A stretch of 32,000 bases of DNA from Kineococcus radiotolerans SRS30216 = ATCC BAA-149 (GCF_000017305.1 NC_009664.2:4200001-4232000), one strand, 5' to 3'. Shown: positions 1-9,189, counted from the stretch's first letter. The notes: generated from the sequence alone by a model not told the origin. Numbers and translations: made by a program.

Positions 1-59
1 AGGGTGAGGACGCCGACGGCGGAGACGCCGAGCAGGCCCACGGCAACCGGAGTTCGCAC
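1..59 (-). CDS. Possible N-terminus of a membrane or secreted protein; the rest of the gene lies upstream of the window
   Basis: GTG at 59-57 on the minus strand reads VRTPVAVGLLGVSAVGVLTL, a hydrophobic signal/TM-like stretch that runs off the window edge. Only 19 codons are visible. Confidence 0.25.
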   Translation of the reverse strand, partial: MRTPVAVGLLGVSAVGVLT

Positions 60-115
60 GGCCCCAGTCTCGCAACGGGCAGGCCTCCCGGTCATGAGGC
101 GGGGATGAGAGACCT

Positions 116-204
116 CTCACGATCAGCTCACGGTCTCCTCACGGGCCGTTCGTAGCGTCCCGTCACCAGCAGTTCACCGCCGGTCCACCGCCGGTCCCGC
201 TGCC
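116..204 (+). promoter_or_regulatory. Phased TCAC-core direct repeats upstream of the glycosyltransferase operon; candidate OmpR/PhoB-family (PHO-box-like) binding array
   Basis: CTCACG occurs at 116, 127 and 138, exactly 11 bp apart. It is followed by the tandem 11-mers cGTCACCAGCA / GTTCACCGCCG / GTCCACCGCCG / GTCCCGCTGCC at 161-204. The array ends about 30 nt before the AGGAG RBS (225-229) and the GTG start at 235. Confidence 0.4.
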
Positions 205-234
205 GACCGCGCCCGTCCGACCCCAGGAGCCACC

Positions 235-1467
235 GTGCCGACCCCCACCCCCGCCCGGCGCCCCCGGGTCGCCCTCTACGGCCACGACACCTGCGGCCTC
301 GGGCACCTGCGGCGCAACCTCGCCCTCGCCGCCGCGCTGCGGGCCGCCGACGCCCGCCCGGACGTCCTGATCCTCACCGGGTCCCCGGCGGCGCAGCGCT
401 TCCCCCGGCCCGACGGGGTGGAGATCGTCGTCCTGCCCACGGTCAGCAAGGACGCCGACGGCCGGTACGCGGCCGGTTCCCTCGACGTCCCCCTCGACGT
501 CGTGGTGCAGCTGCGCGCGGCGACCGCCGAGGCCGTGCTGACCGCGTGGCAGCCGGACCTGCTCGTCGTCGACAAGGTGCCCACCGGCTTCCGCGGGGAA
601 CTCGTCGGGGCGCTGGACGCCCTGCGCCGCAACGGGAGCACCCGCACCGTCCTCGGGCTGCGCGACGTCCTGGACGGCCCCGCCACCGCCCGGGCGGAGT
701 GGTCGCGCGACGACGGGCCCGCGGCGCTGGACCGCTGGTACGACGAGGTCTGGGTCTACGGCGACGCCCGGGTGCACGACCTGCGCCACGACCTGCGGCT
801 CACCCGCGACCAGCGCCTCGCCACCCGCTTCACCGGGTACCTCGCCGAGGGCCGCCGCACCACCGGCACCCGCCCGCTGCCGCGGCGCTGCCCCGCGGCG
901 CGCACCGTCCTGGCCGGTGTCGGCGGCGGGGTCGACGGGGCGGACCTGACCCGGGCCCTGCTCGCCACCCCGCTGCCCGCCGGCACCGAGCTGGTGCTGC
1001 TGCCGGGACCGTTCGCCGACGCCGGCCTCCACGCCGAGCTGGACCGGGCCGCCGCCACCCGCACCGACCTGCACGTCGTGCCGTTCACCGACGGCTTCCC
1101 CGACTGGGCGCAGGCGGTCGACGCCGTCGTCTGCATGGGCGGCTACAACACCGTCGCCGAGGTGCTCGCCACCGACACCCCGGCCCTCGTCGTGCCGCGG
1201 ACCCGCCCCCGCCGCGAGCAGCTCGTCCGAGCCCGCTCCATGGCCCGCCGCGGGCTGCTCGACGTCCTCACGAGCCCCACCCCGCAGGCCCTGGGCCGCT
1301 GGGTCGAGCACGTGCTCGCCGAGCCCACCTCCCAGGCCGGCGCCCGCGCCCGGTGCGACCTCGCCGGGCTGGACGCCGTCCGCCGCCGCGCCGGGGAACT
1401 CCTCGGCGCGGCGCCCATCCCCCTCCACGTCCCCCTGAACGGAACGGAGTCCCGCCGTGCGAGCTGA
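235..1467 (+). CDS. GT-B fold glycosyltransferase, MurG/GT28-C-terminal-like
   Basis: 410-aa ORF. The N-terminal YGHDTCGLGHLRR is a glycine-rich motif and the C-terminal CMGGYNTVAEVL is a GT28-C-like motif. AGGAG lies 6 nt upstream of the GTG start. The ORF has high third-position GC. Confidence 0.8.
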   Translation: MPTPTPARRPRVALYGHDTCGLGHLRRNLALAAALRAADARPDVLILTGSPAAQRFPRPDGVEIVVLPTVSKDADGRYAAGSLDVPLDVVVQLRAATAEAVLTAWQPDLLVVDKVPTGFRGELVGALDALRRNGSTRTVLGLRDVLDGPATARAEWSRDDGPAALDRWYDEVWVYGDARVHDLRHDLRLTRDQRLATRFTGYLAEGRRTTGTRPLPRRCPAARTVLAGVGGGVDGADLTRALLATPLPAGTELVLLPGPFADAGLHAELDRAAATRTDLHVVPFTDGFPDWAQAVDAVVCMGGYNTVAEVLATDTPALVVPRTRPRREQLVRARSMARRGLLDVLTSPTPQALGRWVEHVLAEPTSQAGARARCDLAGLDAVRRRAGELLGAAPIPLHVPLNGTESRRAS

Positions 1468-2734
1468 ACCCACCTGCCGCGACACCACCCGGGAAACCCC
1501 GCAGCCCCCCGCCGCGGGCCCCGCCGGCGACGTCGTCGGGTACGTCGTGAAGATGTACCCGCGGTTCTCCGAGACGTTCGTCGTCCGCGAGATCGCCGCC
1601 CGCGAGGCGCAGGGCGAACACGTCGCCGTCGCGAGCCTGCGCGCACCGACCGATCCGCGGTTCCACGCGCTGCTGGCCGGGGTCCGCGCGCCGGTGACCT
1701 GGATCGGTGAGAACGCCGGCCGTTCCAGCGCGGCGCTGTGGTCGTCGTTGCGCCTCGTCCGCGAACTGCCCGGTTTCGCCTCCACGCTGGAGGAGCTGCT
1801 CGCCGACGACGTCGACGTCGCCGCGCAGGCCGTGGGCGTGGCGCTGTGGGCGCGCGACGCCGGCGTCGGTCACCTGCACGCGCACTTCGCCTCGCTGCCC
1901 GGCCGCACGACCCGGCTGGCGGCCCGGCTGCTCGGCGTCGGGTACACCGTGACCGCCCACGCCAAGGACATCTACGTCGACGGCCCCGACGACGCTGCGC
2001 GGCAACGGGTCCTGGCCGACGCGGCGCGCGTCGTGACGGTCAGCGACTACAACCTGCGCCACCTCGCGGCCCACCACCCGCGAGCCCGGGCGGTCCGCGT
2101 CCACAACGGCCTCGACCTCGGCGAGCTGGAGTTCCGCGCCCCGGTGGGGCGCGAGCGCGTCGTCGCCGCGGTGGGCCGCTTCGTGGAGAAGAAGGGCTTC
2201 GACGACCTCGTCGACGCGATCGCGCTGCTGCGCGCCGCGGGTGACCCCGTCCGCCTCGTCCTGGCCGGGACCGGACGCACCGGAGCGGAGCTGCGGGCGC
2301 GGGCGGCGGCCCTCGGCGACGCCGTCGAGTTCACCGGGCCCCTGCCCCAGCACGACGTCGTCGCCCTGCTGCGGCGCGCCGCCGTGTTCGCCGCGCCCTG
2401 CGTCGTGGCCGGGGACGGCGACCGGGACGGGTTGCCGACGGTGCTGCTGGAGGCGATGGCGCTGGGGACGCCGGTGGTCTCCACCCCGGTCACCGGGATC
2501 CCCGAGGCCGTCCTCGACGGCATCACCGGGACCCTGGTGCCCGAGCGCGACCCGGTGGCGCTGGCCGCCGCGCTGCGCCGGGTGCTCGACGACCCCGACC
2601 TCGCCCGCGCGCACGCCCGGGCCGCCCGCACCCGCGTCGAGCGGTTCTTCGACGTCCGCACCCAGGCCGCGCGGCTGCGTGAGGTCACCCGCGAGGTGCT
2701 CACCGGCGCCCCGACCGGGACGGGGGTGCGCTGA
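1457..2734 (+). CDS. Glycosyltransferase family 4 / GT1 (WcaL-like)
   Basis: KMYPRFSETFVVREI N-terminus, EKKGFDDLVDA, and a C-terminal GLPTVLLEAMALGTPVVST E-x7-E-type motif. The start is uncertain: GTG 1457 overlaps the upstream gene by 11 nt, and GTG 1547 or ATG 1553 are alternatives. Confidence 0.85.
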   Translation: MRAEPTCRDTTRETPQPPAAGPAGDVVGYVVKMYPRFSETFVVREIAAREAQGEHVAVASLRAPTDPRFHALLAGVRAPVTWIGENAGRSSAALWSSLRLVRELPGFASTLEELLADDVDVAAQAVGVALWARDAGVGHLHAHFASLPGRTTRLAARLLGVGYTVTAHAKDIYVDGPDDAARQRVLADAARVVTVSDYNLRHLAAHHPRARAVRVHNGLDLGELEFRAPVGRERVVAAVGRFVEKKGFDDLVDAIALLRAAGDPVRLVLAGTGRTGAELRARAAALGDAVEFTGPLPQHDVVALLRRAAVFAAPCVVAGDGDRDGLPTVLLEAMALGTPVVSTPVTGIPEAVLDGITGTLVPERDPVALAAALRRVLDDPDLARAHARAARTRVERFFDVRTQAARLREVTREVLTGAPTGTGVR

Positions 2735-3924
2735 TGCGGGTCGTCCACGTCAGCCTCGACCCCGGGGTACCGGTGTTCGGCGGCAAGGGCTGCTCGGTGC
2801 ACGTCCAGGAGGTCCTGCGGGTGCTCGTCGCCGCCGGCCACGACGTCCACCTCGTCACCACCCGCCTCGGCGGACCCGCCCCGGCCGGGCTGGAGGCCGT
2901 GACCGTCCACCCGCTGGACCTGCCCGGCGGGCGCTCGCGGGCCGAGCGCGAGACCGACCTGCGGGCCGCGGACGCGCGCGCCGGGCGGGTCGTCGCCGCC
3001 CTCGTCGCGAGCGCGCCCGGGGAGGTCCTTGTCTACGAGCGCTACGCCCTCTTCGCCTGCACCGCGCAGGAGACCGCCCGCGCCCTGGGGGTCGCGTCGG
3101 TCCTGGAGGTCAACGCGCCGCTCCCGCTGGAGCAGGCCCGCCACCGCGCCCTGGCCGACGCCGCCGGGGCGGAGGAGACCACCCGGCGGGCGGTGGCCGC
3201 CGCCGCCCGCGTCGTCGCCGTTAGTTCCGCCGTGGGCCGCTGGGTCTCCTCGGTGCACGGGGGGACGGAGGTCGTGGTCGTGCCGAACGGGGTGGACACC
3301 GCACGGTTCGCCCCGTCCCCGCCCGGCCCGGACCGCGTCCGCCCGGAGGTGGTGCGGATCGCGTTCGTGGGGGCGTTCCGCCCCTGGCACGGGGTGGACC
3401 TGCTCGTGGAGGCGGCCGGGCGGCTCGCCGCCCGGCCCGGCCCGGAGGTGGAGCTCCTCCTCGTCGGCGACGGCCCCGGCCGTCCCGCGGCCCTGGCCCG
3501 GGCCGGCGAGCTCGGCCTGCGCGTCGACGCTCCCGGGGCGCTCGACCCCGCCGACGTGCCGGCCCGGCTCGCCGCCGCCGACGTGGCGGTGGCGCCCTAC
3601 CCCGTGGGCGGGGGGTACTTCTCCCCGCTGAAGGTGGCGGAGTACCTGGCCTGCGGCGTCGCCACGGTCGCCGGGGCGGTCGGCGACCTGGCGAGCACCT
3701 ACCGCGACGGCGAGGAGCTGCTGCTCGTCGAACCCGGCGACGTCGACGCGCTGACCGCGGCGCTGCAGCGGCTGCGCCGCGACCCGGCCCGGCGGGCCGG
3801 GCTCGCCGCGGCCGGCCGGCTCGCCGTGGTGCGGCGCGGGACCTGGCAGCGCGTCGTCGACCGGTCCCTGGCCGGGCTCGCGCCGGGCCGGGGCCGGGGC
3901 CGGGACTCGGAGGTGGCCGCGTGA
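2734..3924 (+). CDS. Glycosyltransferase family 4 / GT1
   Basis: N-terminus MRVVHVSLDPGVPVFGGKGCSVHVQEV, a C-terminal GT1 domain (PLKVAEYLACGVATVA), and ATG overlapping the upstream TGA (TGATG at 2732-2736). Confidence 0.85.
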   Translation: MRVVHVSLDPGVPVFGGKGCSVHVQEVLRVLVAAGHDVHLVTTRLGGPAPAGLEAVTVHPLDLPGGRSRAERETDLRAADARAGRVVAALVASAPGEVLVYERYALFACTAQETARALGVASVLEVNAPLPLEQARHRALADAAGAEETTRRAVAAAARVVAVSSAVGRWVSSVHGGTEVVVVPNGVDTARFAPSPPGPDRVRPEVVRIAFVGAFRPWHGVDLLVEAAGRLAARPGPEVELLLVGDGPGRPAALARAGELGLRVDAPGALDPADVPARLAAADVAVAPYPVGGGYFSPLKVAEYLACGVATVAGAVGDLASTYRDGEELLLVEPGDVDALTAALQRLRRDPARRAGLAAAGRLAVVRRGTWQRVVDRSLAGLAPGRGRGRDSEVAA

Positions 3925-5663
3925 GCGTCCCGCGGGGTCCGCTGCGGCGGACCGTCCGGCTCGTCGCCCCGCACACGAGGGGTTCGCGCGGGGTCGCCGC
4001 CGGCGGGCTGGTCGCGCTGTTCGGGGAGGTCGCCTTCCGGCTGGCCGAACCGTGGCCGCTGAAGGTCGTCATCGACCACGTCGTGCCCGCCGTCGCCGGC
4101 GGGTCCACCGGGCCGGCGGGGACCACGCTGCGCCTCGTGCTCCTGGCCGGGGCCGCCGTCGTCGTGCTGGCGCTGGGCCGCGCCGTCTGCGCGTACCTCA
4201 CCGCGGTCGCCTTCGCGGTCGTCGGGTCGCGCACGACGACGCGGCTGCGCGCCGAGGTCCACTCCCGGCTGCTGCACGCCGCGCCGGGGTTCCACTCCGC
4301 GGCCCGCACCGGGGACCTCGTCACCCGGGTCGTCAGCGACGTCGGGCGCGTCCAGGAAGCGGCGATCACGGCCGGGCTGCCGCTGCTGGGCAGCGTCGTC
4401 ACGTTCGTCGCGATGACCGTCGTCATGGTCGTCCTCGACCCGCTGCTGGCCCTGGCCGTCGTGGCCGTCGCCCCGCTGCTGCTGCTCAACGGCCGCAGCA
4501 GCGGCAAGCGCATCACCGACGCCAGCCGGGACCAGCGCCGCCGCGAGGGGGCGCTGGCCGCGGACGCGTCGGAGGCGTTCGCGGGCATCGGCCTCGTCCA
4601 GGCCTACGACCTGCAGGACCACCACGCCGAGGCCTTCCGGGCCGCCAACGACGGGAGCCTGCGCGACGGGGTGAAGGCCCGCCGGCTCGCCGCCGGGCTG
4701 GAACGTCGCGTCGACGTCCTCGTCGGGGTCGCGACCGCCGTCGTCCTCGTCGTCGGCGCGCTGCGGGTGGTCGACGGGGCGCTGAGCGTGGGGGAGCTCG
4801 TCGTGTTCCTCACCTACCTCAAGGCCGCGTTCAAACCCGTCCGCGACCTCGCCAAGCACACCGGCCGCATCGCCCGGGCCGCGGCGTCGGGGGAACGGGT
4901 CGTGGACTGCCTCGACCGGGCCGACCCGCTGCCCGACGAGGCGGGCGCCTCCGGGTTGCGCCGGGTGCGCGGGTCGGTGCGGTTCGAGGGCGTGCGGGTG
5001 GAACGCGCACCGGGGCGCGCCGTACTGGACGGCGCCGACCTCGTCGTCCACCCGGGGGAGCGGGTCGCGGTCGTGGGACCCAGCGGGACCGGCAAGTCCA
5101 CGACGCTGCACCTGCTGCTGCGGCTCGTCGACCCCGTCGCTGGCCGCGTGCTGCTCGACGGGCACGACCTGACGACGCTGCGCCGTCGCGCCGTCCGCGA
5201 CCACGTCGCCGTCGTGCTGCAGGAACCCGTGCTCTTCGCCGGCACCGTGCGCGAGAACGTCCGGCTCGGACGCCCCGGCGCCGACGACGCCGCCGTCGAA
5301 CGCGCCGTGCGCGACGCCGGGGCGCACGAGTTCGTCACCGCGCTGCCCCGGGGCTACGACACGGTCCTCGCCGAGCGCGGGAGCTCGCTGTCCGGCGGGC
5401 AGCGCCAGCGGCTGGCGATCGCCCGGGCCCTGGTCCGCGACCCGGGGCTGCTGCTCCTCGACGAACCCACGACGGGGCTGGACGCGGCGTCGGCCGCGAC
5501 GGTCCTGCAGGCCCTCGACCGGCTGGCGCGGGGCCGCACGACGCTGCTGGTGACCCACGACGCGTCGCTGCTGGACCGCTGCGACCGCGTGGTCGAACTG
5601 CGGGACGGGAAGTTCACGACCGTGCGCGCGGCGCGCCGGTCGGAGGAGGGGGTGCTGCGGTGA
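3921..5663 (+). CDS. ABC exporter, fused TMD-NBD (MsbA/lipid- or glycan-exporter type)
   Basis: About 300 aa of N-terminal TM region, then Walker A GPSGTGKST, signature LSGGQRQRLAIARAL and Walker B LLLLDEPT. GTGA start/stop overlap at 3921-3924. Confidence 0.9.
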   Translation: MSVPRGPLRRTVRLVAPHTRGSRGVAAGGLVALFGEVAFRLAEPWPLKVVIDHVVPAVAGGSTGPAGTTLRLVLLAGAAVVVLALGRAVCAYLTAVAFAVVGSRTTTRLRAEVHSRLLHAAPGFHSAARTGDLVTRVVSDVGRVQEAAITAGLPLLGSVVTFVAMTVVMVVLDPLLALAVVAVAPLLLLNGRSSGKRITDASRDQRRREGALAADASEAFAGIGLVQAYDLQDHHAEAFRAANDGSLRDGVKARRLAAGLERRVDVLVGVATAVVLVVGALRVVDGALSVGELVVFLTYLKAAFKPVRDLAKHTGRIARAAASGERVVDCLDRADPLPDEAGASGLRRVRGSVRFEGVRVERAPGRAVLDGADLVVHPGERVAVVGPSGTGKSTTLHLLLRLVDPVAGRVLLDGHDLTTLRRRAVRDHVAVVLQEPVLFAGTVRENVRLGRPGADDAAVERAVRDAGAHEFVTALPRGYDTVLAERGSSLSGGQRQRLAIARALVRDPGLLLLDEPTTGLDAASAATVLQALDRLARGRTTLLVTHDASLLDRCDRVVELRDGKFTTVRAARRSEEGVLR

Positions 5664-6775
5664 GCGGGGTCGACGGGACCGGGACGGAGGAGGCGCGCTT
5701 CGACGCCCGGCTGGCCCGGCGCGACCCGGACCTGCCGGGGCTGGCGACGGTGCTCGACCCCGACCGCCTGGGCCGGTGGGCCCGGCGGCACGGGATCGAC
5801 GTCCCGGGCCTGCGGGTGGACCGGTTGCGGTACAAACCGTCCACCACGCTGCGGGCGGCCCTGGCCCCGGCCGGCGACGGGCCCTGGTGGCTGCTGACGG
5901 CGTACTCGCCGGACAGCTGGCGCAAGGCGGGCAAGGACGTGCGGGCGGCGGCCGGGACCGGCCGCACCGTCGTCGACGGGGAACTGCGGCTGCTGCTGGT
6001 CCCGGCCGCCGCCGACCGCGCCCTGCCGCCGCTGCGGGCGAGCGCCGGAACGGCCGGCGCCACGACCGTCGCGCACAACCCCGCCCGGCGGGCGGTCCTG
6101 CACGAGGTGCCGGCGGGCCGCTGCCGCAAGGTCCACGCCGACCCGCGCACCGTCCACCGCAGCGTTCGCGCCGCGCAGGCGTTGCGGCGCAGCGGGATCG
6201 AAACCCCCGCGCTCACCGCCGACGGGGAGTTCGCGGTGACCTCGCCGTGGGTTCCCGGCCGGCCCGCGACCGCCGCCGACGCCCCCGCCGTGGCGGAACT
6301 GCTGCCCCGCTGGCGGGAGGTGGACCCCGGCGACCTGCCCGTCCTCGGCGCCCGGGAACTGCGGGCCGCGCTCAACCGGGCCGTCCTCGGCACCCCCGGC
6401 CTCGACCCCGGTCTCACCGAGCGGTTGCACCGTGCCGCGTCCCGGTGGCGGACCCGGGCCGAGGGCGCGGCCGCCCTGGACGTGGGGGGTTTCGCGCACG
6501 GGGACCTCTCCCCGGACCAGTTCGTCGCGACCGGAACCGGCCTCGTCGTCCTCGACGTGGACCGCGCCTGCCGCGCCCCGCGGGGCTGGGACGCCGCGTC
6601 CTGGAACGCCGCGGTCGTGGCGGCGGGCGGGGCGCCCCCGTTCGACGTCCCGCCCCTGCTGCTGGCCGCCGCGGCGCTGCTGCGGGCTCCGGAACCCTTC
6701 CGTCGTCGCCGCGCAGGCTGGGCCGGCGCCACGCGCCGCCTCGTCGACCTCGCCGAGCGGGCGGTGGCCGCGTGA
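5660..6775 (+). CDS. APH-fold phosphotransferase (kinase), paralog 1
   Basis: Catalytic loop HGDLSPDQ followed by VLDVDRA (metal-binding Asp). GTGA overlap with the ABC gene. The track ORF 4052-6775 is this frame with a spurious upstream extension. Confidence 0.75.
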   Translation: MSGVDGTGTEEARFDARLARRDPDLPGLATVLDPDRLGRWARRHGIDVPGLRVDRLRYKPSTTLRAALAPAGDGPWWLLTAYSPDSWRKAGKDVRAAAGTGRTVVDGELRLLLVPAAADRALPPLRASAGTAGATTVAHNPARRAVLHEVPAGRCRKVHADPRTVHRSVRAAQALRRSGIETPALTADGEFAVTSPWVPGRPATAADAPAVAELLPRWREVDPGDLPVLGARELRAALNRAVLGTPGLDPGLTERLHRAASRWRTRAEGAAALDVGGFAHGDLSPDQFVATGTGLVVLDVDRACRAPRGWDAASWNAAVVAAGGAPPFDVPPLLLAAAALLRAPEPFRRRRAGWAGATRRLVDLAERAVAA

Positions 6776-7788
6776 ACCCCGGGGAACCCCCCGTGCAGTG
6801 GCGGCGGGTGTGGCCGCGCCGCTCCGGCGACCCCGCCGCCGGGCTCGTCCTGGAGGGGACCGACGCCGGGGGACGGGTCGTGGCCGGCACCGCCGACGCC
6901 ACCGGCGCCCCCGTCCGGCTGCGGACCGAGGACCCGCGGCTGCCCGCCCTGAGCGGTGTCGTGGGCAGCGTCGTGGGGCACCGCTGGGGCAAGCGCGCCG
7001 TGGTGCGCCGACCGGACCGGTTCGTCAAGCTCGCGACCGCGCGCGCGACCCGGACCGCGCTCGACCGGCGCGCGACGCTGTCCGCGGCCCTGAGCGGGCG
7101 CGACGGCGCCCCCGACCTCGTCGACGTCCTCCGCGCCGGGGAGGACGTCCTGGAGCTGCGCCCGGTGGCCGGCACCGGTCTCACCGCGCTGCTCGCGGGC
7201 GGCGACACCGCCGCCTGCGTCCGCGCCGGGCGGCGCACCGCACGGGCGACGACAGCGCTCGCGGCCTGCGGCGCGGACCTGCCGGAGCACGACGACGAGG
7301 CCGAGGCGGCCGTCCTCACCCGCTGGGTCACGGACGCCGAGGCGTTCGGAACGGCCCCCCGCGCGCTGCGGCGGGCGGCCGGCACCGCGCTGGAGGCGTT
7401 GCGGCGCAGCCGCCCCGGGCCGTCCGTCCCCACCCACCGGGACCTGCACGACGGGCAGGTGCTGCTCGGGTCCCGGGTGACGTTCCTCGACGTCGACACC
7501 GCGGCGCTCGCCGACCCCGCCCTGGACGTCGCGAACCTCCTGGCCCACCTCGACCTGGCCGCTGCCCGCGGGCACCGCGCGCAGGCGCGGGCGGTGGCCG
7601 AGGGGTTGTGGCGAGGGTGGGGCGAGCACGGTCACCCCGCGGCCGGCGACCCGGCGCGGGTGGCGGCGCTGCGGGCCGTGGCCCGGTGCCGGATCGTGGC
7701 CGTGCACTCCTTCCGCGGCCTGCCGCCTGGAACCGCCGAGGAACTCCTCAGCCCCTGCGGTGGAGCTGATCCCGTCCTGGGGTGGTGA
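6772..7788 (+). CDS. APH-fold phosphotransferase (kinase), paralog 2, maltokinase-like catalytic loop
   Basis: THRDLHDGQVLLG...FLDVDTA...DVANLLAHL. GTGA overlap at 6772-6775. The track ORF 5776-7788 is this frame extended upstream. Confidence 0.75.
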   Translation: MNPGEPPVQWRRVWPRRSGDPAAGLVLEGTDAGGRVVAGTADATGAPVRLRTEDPRLPALSGVVGSVVGHRWGKRAVVRRPDRFVKLATARATRTALDRRATLSAALSGRDGAPDLVDVLRAGEDVLELRPVAGTGLTALLAGGDTAACVRAGRRTARATTALAACGADLPEHDDEAEAAVLTRWVTDAEAFGTAPRALRRAAGTALEALRRSRPGPSVPTHRDLHDGQVLLGSRVTFLDVDTAALADPALDVANLLAHLDLAAARGHRAQARAVAEGLWRGWGEHGHPAAGDPARVAALRAVARCRIVAVHSFRGLPPGTAEELLSPCGGADPVLGW

Positions 7789-7792
7789 CGCG

Positions 7793-7808
7793 GGGGCGCA
7801 CCCGCCCC
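7793..7808 (+). terminator. Small GC hairpin just after the operon stop codon
   Basis: GGGGCG-cacc-CGCCCC, a 6-bp stem starting 5 nt after the TGA at 7786-7788. There is no T-tract. Confidence 0.3.
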
Positions 7809-7882
7809 TCGGCGGCGCCGCGGCCTCGCCGGTGGGGCGGGTCGGCGGTTCTCGTCGGCCCGGGGCCGTCGAGGGGACCGCG

Positions 7883-8455
7883 TCAGGCGACCGTCTCCGG
7901 AGCGGTGCTCGTCTCCCCGCGCGCCGCGCGCAGGCGGGCCAGGACCTCGCGGTCCTGCTCCTTCCAGCGCGCCGCGGCCTGCACGCCGCTGAGGTCGTAG
8001 GCCTCCCCGACGGCCGCCCACGTCGCGCCGAAGTGCACGGCGGCGCGGCGGTCGTCGGGGGAGTCCGAGCCGGCGGCCACGGCGGCGCTCAACTGCCGCA
8101 GGTGCCGTTCGCGCCGCGCCCCGGCCTCGGGGTCCAGGGGCTGGACGTAGCGGACCTTCGGGGCGCGGACCGTCGCGGGCCGGCCGTCGGCGTCGTGGAC
8201 CAGCAGCGAGAGGGGTTCCCCGACGGTGCAGGAGCGGACCGCGGTCAGGGCCAGGACGCGGCCGTCGAGGGGGTCCGGGGTGAGGGTGGGGAGGGTGTCG
8301 GTGCTGCGGACGACGGTGCGCGCGTCGAGGTCGAGGCGGACCGTCACCCGGGAGGCGCGCACCCGCCAGGTCCCGGTGCCCGCGTCGTCGAGGGTGCGCA
8401 CCGGCGCGCCGCGGGTGGGGATGAGTTCGGCCAAGTGCTGCAGGTCGTCGTCCAC
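7883..8455 (-). CDS. Hypothetical protein (190 aa), no family recognised
   Basis: Non-repetitive translation (MDDDLQHLAELIPTRG...HFGATWAAVGEAYDLSGVQAAARWKEQDREVLARL) with coding-like composition, convergent with the kinase operon. Confidence 0.6.
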   Translation of the reverse strand: MDDDLQHLAELIPTRGAPVRTLDDAGTGTWRVRASRVTVRLDLDARTVVRSTDTLPTLTPDPLDGRVLALTAVRSCTVGEPLSLLVHDADGRPATVRAPKVRYVQPLDPEAGARRERHLRQLSAAVAAGSDSPDDRRAAVHFGATWAAVGEAYDLSGVQAAARWKEQDREVLARLRAARGETSTAPETVA

Positions 8456-8637
8456 GCCCCCATCATCGCCGACCCCGACGGACCCGGTGGCACACCGCCT
8501 GCGGCGGCCCGGGCGGGAACCTCACCTCGGGCACTGCGGCGTCCCCGGACGGGCACGCCCGGCGGCCGTCGACCTGGGGTGGCGGAGTCGCCGTGCCCAT
8601 CGCGCACCGCGTCGCCGCACAGCGGCGTCGGGGCGGG

Positions 8638-9189
8638 TCAGGCGCGGCCGGTGTCCCACCCGACGGCGCGGACCACCGCCAGGGCCACCTCGGAGGGAGC
8701 CTGCCCCGCGGCCACCGCCACCTCGACGTCACCGCCCCCCGCGGCGTCCAGGACGGCGTCCAGTTCCCCGCTGCGGTGCAGGTGCCAGTCCAGGGCATCG
8801 CGGTCACCCCCGTGCCGCCGGCGCAGGCGGTCGTGGACGTGGGAGAGGTCCACGCGCAGACGGCACACCGTCAGCGGTGCACCGGCGGCCCGCTCGTACA
8901 GCGGCCGGTGCGCGGGGTCCTCGAGGACCCCGGCCAGGACGAGCCGGAGCGCTCCGGCGGCGAGGTGGTTGCGGGCCACCGCGTGCAGGTTGGCCAGCAC
9001 CAGGTGCTCGTGGAACGGGTCGTCCGGGGGGCTGGGCCAGGCGTCGCCCAGCGCGTCGAGGTCGACGACGGCGTGGGGGATCGCCTCCTCGCGCAGCAGC
9101 GCGGCGACGGCCTCGGCGGTGGTGGTCTTGCCCGACCCGACGGTGCCGGTGATCAGCAGGGCGGCCGGGGACGGCGTGGGGGTCCGCAC
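8638..9189 (-). CDS. P-loop NTPase / small-molecule-kinase-like ATPase
   Basis: Walker A LLITGTVGSGKTTTAEAV near the N-terminus. I chose the GTG start at 9189. The longer track ORF to 9390 adds an Arg/Ala-rich extension that would overlap the divergent GNAT gene. Confidence 0.7.
   Translation of the reverse strand: MRTPTPSPAALLITGTVGSGKTTTAEAVAALLREEAIPHAVVDLDALGDAWPSPPDDPFHEHLVLANLHAVARNHLAAGALRLVLAGVLEDPAHRPLYERAAGAPLTVCRLRVDLSHVHDRLRRRHGGDRDALDWHLHRSGELDAVLDAAGGGDVEVAVAAGQAPSEVALAVVRAVGWDTGRA

Noticed and set aside
4052-5659. Upstream 536 codons of the 907-aa track ORF 4052-6775, and similarly 5776-6771 of ORF 5776-7788
   Set aside because: These stretches overlap the ABC transporter and kinase-1 genes in another frame and are Arg-rich nonsense. 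The real genes start at the GTGA overlaps at 5660 and 6772.
163-7707. Long antisense or overlapping ORFs across the operon (for example 163-1785 minus, 1268-2614 minus, 2047-3390 minus, 3221-4588 minus, 3699-5558 minus, 5614-7707 minus, 6414-7499 minus)
   Set aside because: Their translations are low-complexity Arg/Pro/Gly/Ala-rich strings. The opposite strand encodes proteins with clear GT, ABC and kinase motifs. Such shadow ORFs are expected at this GC content.
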